NCBI GenBank assembly: GCA_965204395.1
Contig: OZ241987.1
Coordinates: 2,482,438-2,546,437 of the forward strand
DNA: 64,000 nt
From: Dehalococcoidia bacterium
GTDB lineage: Bacteria; Chloroflexota; Dehalococcoidia; Lucifugimonadales; UBA3495
Direction: 5' to 3'
In this document: in pieces, positions 8,875-16,048 of the stretch
Layout: every line of letters starts with the position of its first letter
Position numbering within the stretch: position 1 is the first letter of the stretch
The notes under the pieces: model-generated
The model's database searches: none
Told to the model about the DNA's origin: nothing
The model's input: the letters and a program-made list of their open reading frames with translations, nothing else
Made by a program: the position numbers and the translations under genes

Positions 8875-9662
8875 TCCGCCCCCGGACTCCCGGCCCCTGA
8901 GTCAACGTCCCCGGACATCGCGCAAATCTGCGCCGCCAGATAGCCCGCCCCGAATCCGTTGTCGATGTTCACCACGCCGACGCCCGGAGCGCACGCATTC
9001 AGCATCCCCAGCAGCGCCGCCAGTCCCTCAAAACTGGCTCCGTAGCCTACGCTGGTCGGTACCGCGATCACGGGCGCGGACACCAGGCCGGATACCACGC
9101 TGGTCAGGGCGGCTTCCATCCCGGCCACCACCACGATCACCCGCGCTGACTGCAATTGTTCCAGCCCGTCCAACAGCCGGTGCAGCCCCGCAACCCCCAC
9201 GTCGTTGAGCCGTTCGGCGCGGCAGCCCATCAACTCCGCCGTTACCGCCGCCTCCTCCGCAACCGCCAGGTCGGCGGTGCCGGCCGTCACGATCAGCAGT
9301 CCGCCATACCGAGGCGCAACAGGATGATCCGTAGGAACGACGATGCACCGAGCAAGTTCTGCATACTCCGCCGCCGGCACGACGGCCGATACTCGTTGAT
9401 ACGCTTCCCGCGTGGCGCGTGTGACCAGCACCGGGTGCCCACGGCCCACCATTTCCGGCACGATGCCGGCGATTTGCTCCGGCGTTTTCCCCTCGCCCAA
9501 CACCACCTCCGGCCATCCAGTGCGCAAGGGGCGATGATGGTCCAGGCGCGCGTAGCCCAGGTCCTGGTACGGCAAATCGCGCAGCGCCGAGGCCGCGTCG
9601 GCCACTGGGATCCTGCCGTCCCGAACTCCCGTCAACAGGGCCATGAGCGAGGCTTGGTCCAT
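8871..9662 (-). CDS. larB: LarB-type (PurE-like) nickel-pincer cofactor biosynthesis carboxylase/hydrolase
   Basis: LDHHRPLRTGWPEVVLGEGKTPEQI...VTAGTADLAVAEEAAVTAELMG...VGVAGLHRLL...VVAGMEAALTSVVSGLVSAPVIAVPTSVGYGASFEGLAALLGMLNACAPGVGVVNIDNGFGAG matches the COG1691/LarB family closely. Confidence 0.85.
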   Translation of the reverse strand: MDQASLMALLTGVRDGRIPVADAASALRDLPYQDLGYARLDHHRPLRTGWPEVVLGEGKTPEQIAGIVPEMVGRGHPVLVTRATREAYQRVSAVVPAAEYAELARCIVVPTDHPVAPRYGGLLIVTAGTADLAVAEEAAVTAELMGCRAERLNDVGVAGLHRLLDGLEQLQSARVIVVVAGMEAALTSVVSGLVSAPVIAVPTSVGYGASFEGLAALLGMLNACAPGVGVVNIDNGFGAGYLAAQICAMSGDVDSGAGSPGAD

Positions 9663-9665
9663 GAC

Positions 9666-10046
9666 TCAGCCGGATTCGGACGCCGTAATAGCCGCCGCGG
9701 ATTGAGTTTTCATCAGGCGGTACAGGCCTCCCAGCGTGCTCATGCCGGCCACGTACGCCGAAAACACCGCCACCGCGATCCAGGTCAGGATGATGAACCG
9801 CCCGGGGATCGGCGCGGCCAGCGTGATAATGACGGCGATCACGACCAGTATCGCCGCCGAAGCCGCTCCCACCGCGGAGCCGAATATCGCCGCCGTCAAT
9901 AACGGTGTGTGGTTTCCCACGGGGATGGACCGGATCCCAAAATACGCGCCCAGAAATGGGCCAAAGGGCGCCAGCAGCACTTGGGCTATGGGAATGATGG
10001 TGCACACCAGCATCACGGCCAGCGCGGTGAGGACCCCTTTAGCCAT
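9666..10046 (-). CDS. small integral membrane protein (4 predicted transmembrane segments), first gene of the larB operon
   Basis: Hydrophobic 126-aa ORF whose stop lies 3 nt upstream of the larB start. No motif recognised. Confidence 0.55.
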   Translation of the reverse strand: MAKGVLTALAVMLVCTIIPIAQVLLAPFGPFLGAYFGIRSIPVGNHTPLLTAAIFGSAVGAASAAILVVIAVIITLAAPIPGRFIILTWIAVAVFSAYVAGMSTLGGLYRLMKTQSAAAITASESG

Positions 10047-10190
10047 GCTGCGACCGGCGAGTTGGGACTGGTGTCGAAATCGAGAACATTCGAATGGTCA
10101 GTATAGCCGGCATCGGCCCGCGACGCTTTCAGGATTCAGATTATAATTCCCGCGCAATCAGTGCGCTCATTTTGGGATTGAGAGGGAAAC

Positions 10191-10625
10191 ATGACTCAAC
10201 TAGGATCATCGCCGTCAACTGAGCAGGACGGCCCGTTCGCAGAATTGCTGGGAATTCGGCCCGGTGTATCGGAGGACGGCGTCGGCACCGCCTTCATGAC
10301 GGTGGCAGACCGCCATCGCCAACGGGCCGGCGCCGTGCAGGGCGGGATCCTGGTGGCCTTGGCCGATTACGCGTTTTTCCGCGCCTGCCGGTCCTTGTTG
10401 AATGAGGGAGAGCACGCGGTAACCATCGAGTTGAAACTGAACTTCATCGCCCCGGCGAGGGAAGGCGAACTGACCGCCCGCAGCAGCATCATCAGCCGCG
10501 GGGGCCGCATCATCGTGGGCGATATGCAGATCACCGGCCCCGACGACCAACTGATCGCCACCGGCGTCGGCACCTACATGACCGTATACGACCGCCGGAC
10601 GAATCCCAGGTCGGACGGGTCATAG
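10191..10625 (+). CDS. PaaI-family hotdog-fold thioesterase
   Basis: FAELLGIR...HRQRAGAVQGGILVALADYAF...ELKLNFIAPAREGELTARSSIISRGGRIIVGDMQI is a typical 4HBT/PaaI pattern. TATAAT lies at 10141-10146. Confidence 0.8.
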   Translation: MTQLGSSPSTEQDGPFAELLGIRPGVSEDGVGTAFMTVADRHRQRAGAVQGGILVALADYAFFRACRSLLNEGEHAVTIELKLNFIAPAREGELTARSSIISRGGRIIVGDMQITGPDDQLIATGVGTYMTVYDRRTNPRSDGS

Positions 10626-10751
10626 GCGTTGGGGCCGCCGGATCGCTCAGGCCATTCACTTCACAGGTGGGCGCGCCTTTTGCCCGCGCTGGCTCCGGCG
10701 AAAAGCGTCGTAATGGGCTAGGTTCGGGCGCGTTTTCGGTAGGGTTCCGTT

Positions 10752-10837
10752 TTAGGTGGTTTGATTTCGGTAAACGCCGCAGGCGGGGGGAGTAGGGGCG
10801 AATAATTATTCGCCCCTACAGTGAGAAACCACCTAAA
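10752..10837. repeat. composite inverted repeat: outer arms TTTAGGTGGTTT/AAACCACCTAAA enclosing a type-B palindrome (10792-10819)
   Basis: GTAGGGGCGAATAATTATTCGCCCCTAC is nested inside 12-bp outer inverted arms, giving a MITE-like or long-hairpin architecture. Confidence 0.7.
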
Positions 10838-10919
10838 TTGCAACGCTACCGCGCGTTTTCGCGCCGGTTGGCATTCTGCGCGCCAATGGGTATAATCGTA
10901 ACCCTAAGGGAGGGTAGGT

Positions 10920-11393
10920 TTGCGCATCCCCATGAGAGTCGATTACGGCGTCCGGGCGTTGGTGGAGCTTGCCATGCGCCACGGTGAAGGGCCGGTGCCA
11001 ACCTCTGCCATCGCCTACCGCCAGGGTATCCCCGAATCTTATCTCGAGCGCCTGATGTCCGCGCTCAACAAGAGCGGGTTCGTCCACAGTCGCCGGGGCC
11101 CGCAGGGCGGACACCTGCTGGCCAGGTCCCCCGATCTCATCAACCTCTACGAAATCATGCGCGAGCTTGACGGAAACGCGTCGCCCCTGGACTGCCTCAC
11201 CCTGCCCACCGACTGCATGTTCGCGGACTCCTGCGCCCAAAAAGAGATTTGGCAGACCGTGGAGGAGTCCATCCAGCAGGTCCTGGAAGGCACCACGTTG
11301 GCCCACCTGGCCGCTCGCCAGTGTGCGCTGACCCATGATGCCGACGTTCGGATGGATCGATGGGAGCCGGTGTCCGGGCCCGTGCCTGCTTAG
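10920..11393 (+). CDS. Rrf2-family transcriptional regulator (CymR/IscR-like)
   Basis: TTG start after AGGGAGGGTAGG. The segment RVDYGVRALVELAMRHGEGPVPTSAIAYRQGIPESYLERLMSALNKSGFVHSRRGPQGGHLLAR is the Rrf2 wHTH signature. TATAAT lies at 10891-10896. Confidence 0.85.
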   Translation: MRIPMRVDYGVRALVELAMRHGEGPVPTSAIAYRQGIPESYLERLMSALNKSGFVHSRRGPQGGHLLARSPDLINLYEIMRELDGNASPLDCLTLPTDCMFADSCAQKEIWQTVEESIQQVLEGTTLAHLAARQCALTHDADVRMDRWEPVSGPVPA

Positions 11394-11667
11394 TGCCATC
11401 ATCTCCGGTTCAAACCACGCCGATTTGCTTGACAACAAATCCGGCCCGGCCATAAACTCGTTGCAAATGCTGCATGCGCAACCCTTGACCATCACCTGCG
11501 CCTGTCCCAAAACATAGGGGACGGGCCAATTGCATTAGCGAAAAGCCTGTGCCCGACGGAACCGTTCAACGGATCGGGGCGCCGGGCTTTTTTATTGACT
11601 GAACCGCGCCGCCCCAACCAACCCAGGTTACCGACGACTCGATCCAATTTACACGGAGGGATCCCCA

Positions 11668-12516
11668 ATGGTGCAACCCCTTAGGTTGACCCCCGACCAG
11701 GTCAAACGTTACAGCCGCCACATCATCATGCAGGATGTGGGCAGCGCGGGACAACGCAAAATGATGGAGGCCAGCGCGCTCATCATCGGAGCCGGCGGTT
11801 TGGGCTCCCCCTCGGCGGTGTACCTGTCGTTGGCTGGCGTGGGTAGGCTGGGCATCGTCGATTTCGACGTGGTCGAGTTGTCCAACCTGCAGCGGCAGAT
11901 TCTGCACCATACCCCCGACGTGGGCCGGCCGAAGGTCCAGTCTGCCAAGGACAATATCCAGTCCTACAATCCGGAAGTCGAGGTGGTGCTGCATGAGACG
12001 TGGCTCACTTCCGAGAACGCCTTCGACATCATCAGCCAATATGACATCGTGATCAATGGGGCGGACAATTTCGCCACCCGGTACCTGGTCAACGACGCCT
12101 GCTACCTGTTGAACAAGCCGCTGATCGACGGCAGCATCCTGATTTTCGACGGCCAGGCCACGGTGTTCCTGCCGGGTCAAGGCTGCTACCGCTGCCTGTT
12201 CCCGGCGCCGCCGCCTCCGGGCATGGTGCCGAACTGCGCCGAAGCCGGAGTACTGGGCGCGTTGACGGGCCTGGTGGGTTCCATTCAGGCCACCGAAGCG
12301 CTCAAGCACATACTTGATATCGGGGAAAGCCTGTCGTCCCGACTGCTCGTCATCGATGCCCTCAGCATGCAGTTCAGAGAAGTGAGACTGCGCCGCAATC
12401 CCCAATGCCCGCTTTGCGGCGATAATCCGACAGTGACAGGACTGATCGATTACGAAGTTTTCTGCGGAGTGGCTGAAGTGCCGGAACCGCTGGCGGTCGC
12501 GGCCGGGGCCGTATAG
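11668..12516 (+). CDS. moeB: ThiF/MoeB-family E1-like adenylyltransferase (no rhodanese domain)
   Basis: YSRHIIMQDVGSAGQRKMMEASALIIGAGGLGSPSAVYLSLAGVGRLGIVDFDVVELSNLQRQ, plus two CxxC pairs (CYRC, CPLC). Confidence 0.85.
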   Translation: MVQPLRLTPDQVKRYSRHIIMQDVGSAGQRKMMEASALIIGAGGLGSPSAVYLSLAGVGRLGIVDFDVVELSNLQRQILHHTPDVGRPKVQSAKDNIQSYNPEVEVVLHETWLTSENAFDIISQYDIVINGADNFATRYLVNDACYLLNKPLIDGSILIFDGQATVFLPGQGCYRCLFPAPPPPGMVPNCAEAGVLGALTGLVGSIQATEALKHILDIGESLSSRLLVIDALSMQFREVRLRRNPQCPLCGDNPTVTGLIDYEVFCGVAEVPEPLAVAAGAV

Positions 12517-12570
12517 AGCCGGAACTCACCCGATATCAATCTTCCCGCCGCCCACGTTGAGACGCCGCTA

Positions 12571-13521
12571 ATGCTCACCAAGGCTACCCACAAAGGCCTG
12601 CTTTCTACCATCGGCAACACGCCTTTGGTGGAGCTGGAAAACCTTAGCCCCAACCCCAACGTGCGGCTGTTCGCCAAGCTCGAGGGCCAGAATCCCACCG
12701 GCAGCGTCAAGGATCGCATCGGTCTCAAGATGATCGAACGGGCGGAGGCGGATGGTGAGATCACTCCGAACCGCACCATCCTGGAGCCCACCTCCGGCAA
12801 CACCGGAATATCCCTCGCCATGATCGGCCGGCTGAAGGGCTACAAGGTCTCGGTGGTGATGCCGGAGAACGTCTCGGTGGAACGCACCCAACTGCTGGAA
12901 GCCTACGGCGCCGAGATCATCTACTCCGATGGGTCCCTGGGCACCAACGGGAGCGTGGTCGTCGCGCAGGAAATCGTGGCAAAGAACCCCCACGACTACT
13001 TGATGCTGTACCAGTACGGCAATGAGGGCAATCCGGAGGCCCACTATGAAGGGACGGGCCAGGAGATCGTGGAGGCCCTGCCCGACGTGGACGTGTTCGT
13101 GGCCGGCCTGGGCACGGGCGGCACCCTAATGGGGAACGCCCGGCGACTCAAGGAACACCGCAGCGACATCAAGATCATCGCGGTCGCCCCCGAGCCGGAC
13201 GATTTCATCTCCGGTCTGCGCCGGCTGGAAGACGGATTCATCCCGCCCATTCTGGACATTAACTTGCTGGACAACCGGCTGTTGGTGAACAGCTTCGATT
13301 CTTTCTACATGACGAAAGACCTCATGGACAAGGAAGGGATCTTCGCCGGCATCTCCTCCGGCTCCGTGATTGCCGGCGCGTTGAAATACGCCGAGCGCAT
13401 GGAAAGCGGCAACGTGGTGTGCCTGCTGGCCGATGGCGGATGGAAATACCTGAGCAGCCAGTTGTGGACGCGAGATTACGAAACCCTGGCCCAGGAAGCG
13501 CAGGGCAAGATCTGGTGGTGA
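12571..13521 (+). CDS. cysM: cysteine synthase, CysM type (resembles the thiocarboxylate-dependent O-phosphoserine sulfhydrylase of mycobacteria)
   Basis: PLP lysine motif NPTGSVKDR. Also ILEPTSGNTGISLAM, VMPENVSVERTQLLEAYGAEII, MLYQYGN and LADGGWKYLS. I judged the resemblance to Mycobacterium CysM from memory, not by alignment. Confidence 0.85.
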   Translation: MLTKATHKGLLSTIGNTPLVELENLSPNPNVRLFAKLEGQNPTGSVKDRIGLKMIERAEADGEITPNRTILEPTSGNTGISLAMIGRLKGYKVSVVMPENVSVERTQLLEAYGAEIIYSDGSLGTNGSVVVAQEIVAKNPHDYLMLYQYGNEGNPEAHYEGTGQEIVEALPDVDVFVAGLGTGGTLMGNARRLKEHRSDIKIIAVAPEPDDFISGLRRLEDGFIPPILDINLLDNRLLVNSFDSFYMTKDLMDKEGIFAGISSGSVIAGALKYAERMESGNVVCLLADGGWKYLSSQLWTRDYETLAQEAQGKIWW

Positions 13522-13550
13522 GCCAAAACCCTGTCGCCTTTTATTGCAAG

Positions 13551-13573
13551 GCCCGCCGCACCCGGCGGGCTTT
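13551..13573 (+). terminator. intrinsic terminator after cysM
   Basis: GCCCGCCG-CACC-CGGCGGGC stem-loop followed by TTT. Confidence 0.6.
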
Positions 13574-13590
13574 CACTTGCCATAATCGCC

Positions 13591-13619
13591 TTGCCCACTC
13601 CCTGCAACGATGATATAAT
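13591..13619 (+). promoter_or_regulatory. candidate sigma-70-type promoter upstream of nusA
   Basis: TTGCCC, 17 nt spacer, TATAAT. Confidence 0.4.
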
Positions 13620-13698
13620 TCGGCCACATAAACGCCCTGTTGCGGGGTACACCGACCTTCGGGTCATCGCCCTGCGACGAGAGGTTTTGGTATAGATT

Positions 13699-13727
13699 AG
13701 GCGGGGCGTAAACCCGCCTTATTTCTA
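13699..13727 (+). terminator. terminator-like hairpin inside the nusA leader (possible attenuator)
   Basis: AGGCGGG-GCGTAAA-CCCGCCT followed by TATTTCT. It lies ~60 nt upstream of the nusA ATG. Confidence 0.45.
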
Positions 13728-13784
13728 TCAATTGGACTGGGGCATCAAAAAGAAAATCAAAACGTTCGGCCAGCGGAGGACAAC

Positions 13785-15608
13785 ATGAAAAGCGATTTCA
13801 TGATGGCGTTGAATCAGTTATCTGCCGAACGCGGGCTGCGCAAGGAACTCGTGCTGAACAAGGTGGAGGTGGCCCTTGCCACCGCTTTCCGCCGCGATAG
13901 CGTTGCGGGTGCCAAGAACCTTTCGGTGAAGCTCAACCCCAATACCGGTGATATCAGCATCTTCCCGCTGAGGATGGTGGTTGAAGAAGTGGAAGACCCC
14001 GAGACCCAGATCTCCCTGGCCGAGGCATTGCGCCTCACGCCTACCGCCCAGGTCGATACTGAGATTCCGGAGTCCGAAGAGGTCTCGTATGACACCAGCC
14101 GCATCTCCGCTCAAACCGCCCGCCAGGTGCTGATGCAAGGTCTGCGTGAGGCCGAACGAGAGAAGACCTTTGAGGAATACTCGGGATATCAGGGCGAAAT
14201 CATCAGCGGCAGCGTGGAGAGCATCGAAAAGGGCCCTACGGTTTTCATCAATCTGAACCCCCACCAGGCGCAGAATCAGAACCGGGCGCGGGGCATCATG
14301 CGCCCGGACAACCAGGTAATCAACGAACGGTACCGCAAAGGCCAGAACCTCAAGGTTTTGCTGGTAGAGGTCCAACAGACCACCCGCGGGCCGGAGGTCG
14401 TGGTCAGCCGCGCTCACCGCGACCTGCTGCGCAGGTTGATGGAAGCGGAAGTGCCCGAGATCAGCAACGGCACCGTGGAAATCCGCGCCATCGCCAGGGA
14501 CCCCGGCATACGCAGCAAGGTGGCGGTCGCGTCCCACCAGGAGGGAGTCGATCCCGTCGGCTCCTGCATCGGGCTGCGGGGCAACCGCATCCAGAGCGTT
14601 GTCAACGAATTGCAGGGCGAAAAGATAGACGTCATAGAGTGGGACTCAAACCCTCAGGTACTGATTTCGCGGGCCCTCAGCCCGGCTGACGTGGGAGCCG
14701 TGGAGCTGGAACCGGATGAACGCACCGCATACGTGGTGGTGCCCGAAAGCCAGATGTCCTTGGCCATCGGTCGGGACGGACAGAACGCGAAACTCGCCGC
14801 CAGGCTCACCGGGTGGCGGTTGGATATCAAGAACGTGGAGCAGTGGGAAGCCCTGCGCGCCGTGCGCGCCGCCGAGGCAGCCCGCATCGCGGCGGAACGG
14901 GCCGCTGCCGCCGCCGCGTTGGCCGAAGCTGAAGCCGCTGCCGCTGCTGAAGCCGAGGCGGCAGCCCAGGTGGAATCTGAAACGGCGGCTGTTGAACCGG
15001 AACCTGAAGTTGAGGCGTTGCCGGTGGCCGAAGCTGCGGAAGCCGCCATCGCGGAAACCGGCTTGGTCGTGCAGTCCCCCGAAGAGGTCGAGATAGAGGT
15101 ATCAGAGGAGCCCGAGGAAGTCGAAGCGCTGCCCGCGGCTGAAGCTCCGGCGGTCATTGAAGAAGCCGAGGCCGCCGTCCCTGAACCGGTTGCGGCCGAG
15201 ATCCAACCCGAAACCGAACCTGAACCTGATTACGACGAGGAGGCGCTGTTGGCCGAATTGCTCGCGGAAGAGGAAGCCGCTGCCGCCATGGCGGAGGCTC
15301 AACCTGGACCTGAGCCGGAACCGGTGGGCCTCAGCGTGGATGCGCTGGACACCCTGACGTTGGATGACGTCATCGAAGACGACGAAGAAGAGGAATTTGA
15401 AGACGAAGAGGACGAATTGCTCGACGAGGAGATGAGTGATCTGCTGGCCGGCCTGCCCAACCTGGCGCCCGACGCCGGCAAGATCAGGTTCGCTGAGGAC
15501 ATCGTCGGCGAACACCGGGGCAGCACTGGCCGGCGCCGACGTGGCGGCGGAAACCGACGCGGGGGCAACGTTCCCGGCGCCCGTGGCCCCGGCCCGCGCC
15601 GTCGATAA
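13785..15608 (+). CDS. nusA: transcription termination/antitermination factor NusA with a ~250-aa low-complexity C-terminal extension
   Basis: The N-terminal domain, S1 domain and two KH domains are recognisable ([16 protein letters not shown]; [39 protein letters not shown]; [26 protein letters not shown]). An Ala/Glu-rich tract, an acidic run and an RGG tail follow. Confidence 0.95.
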   Translation: MKSDFMMALNQLSAERGLRKELVLNKVEVALATAFRRDSVAGAKNLSVKLNPNTGDISIFPLRMVVEEVEDPETQISLAEALRLTPTAQVDTEIPESEEVSYDTSRISAQTARQVLMQGLREAEREKTFEEYSGYQGEIISGSVESIEKGPTVFINLNPHQAQNQNRARGIMRPDNQVINERYRKGQNLKVLLVEVQQTTRGPEVVVSRAHRDLLRRLMEAEVPEISNGTVEIRAIARDPGIRSKVAVASHQEGVDPVGSCIGLRGNRIQSVVNELQGEKIDVIEWDSNPQVLISRALSPADVGAVELEPDERTAYVVVPESQMSLAIGRDGQNAKLAARLTGWRLDIKNVEQWEALRAVRAAEAARIAAERAAAAAALAEAEAAAAAEAEAAAQVESETAAVEPEPEVEALPVAEAAEAAIAETGLVVQSPEEVEIEVSEEPEEVEALPAAEAPAVIEEAEAAVPEPVAAEIQPETEPEPDYDEEALLAELLAEEEAAAAMAEAQPGPEPEPVGLSVDALDTLTLDDVIEDDEEEEFEDEEDELLDEEMSDLLAGLPNLAPDAGKIRFAEDIVGEHRGSTGRRRRGGGNRRGGNVPGARGPGPRRR

Positions 15609-15724
15609 GCGCCTCAACCGTAATCGTCGAGACTCGACACTGGGATTAGGTAACCGGAATTCCAAAAAAGCGACACATACCGGAACGGACCTGTATCGCT
15701 TGCGGCCAAAAGGGGCCGAAGAGC

Positions 15725-15994
15725 ATGCTGGTGCGAATCGTACGCACTCCGGACGGGCCGGTTGCGCCGGATCCCACCGGGCGCGCCAACGGCAGGGGAG
15801 CGTACCTGTGCAACCGGGTGGCTTGCTGGGAAGGCGGGTTGGCGAAACGAGCGCTCAGTCGCAGCCTGCGCGTCCAGGTCTCGGATGCAGACCTGGAATC
15901 GCTCCAGAATTACTATATCGAGATTATCCAAACCGGAGGGGCCAGCCTCGAGACCGGAGGGGCCGCTCACCAACCGCCGGGCGTGCGCAACTGA
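15725..15994 (+). CDS. ylxR: YlxR/DUF448 family protein (RNA-binding, nusA-infB operon); the true start is probably upstream of the first canonical start codon
   Basis: LVRIVRTPDGPVAPDPTGRANGRGAYLC matches DUF448. The conserved ERTCIACG motif is encoded in frame at 15683-15706, upstream of the ATG. Confidence 0.8.
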   Translation: MLVRIVRTPDGPVAPDPTGRANGRGAYLCNRVACWEGGLAKRALSRSLRVQVSDADLESLQNYYIEIIQTGGASLETGGAAHQPPGVRN

Positions 15995-16048
15995 CCCGTC
16001 GCGTACCGCTACTTCAGGTGGATTGATCGGCACGAGGAGGTGTTATTT

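Noticed and set aside
11394-11667. Possible T-box or known SAM-class riboswitch upstream of moeB-cysM
   Set aside because: It has no T-box sequence (AAnnnGGGTGGnACCGCG) and is too short. It matches none of the SAM-I, SAM-II or SAM-IV cores I can recall. I kept it only as an unclassified structured leader.
14860-15420. Highly repetitive GCC/GCT/GAA/GAG DNA that looks like a tandem-repeat or CRISPR-like array
   Set aside because: It has no regular repeat-spacer periodicity. It is an uninterrupted continuation of the nusA reading frame that encodes Ala/Glu low complexity.
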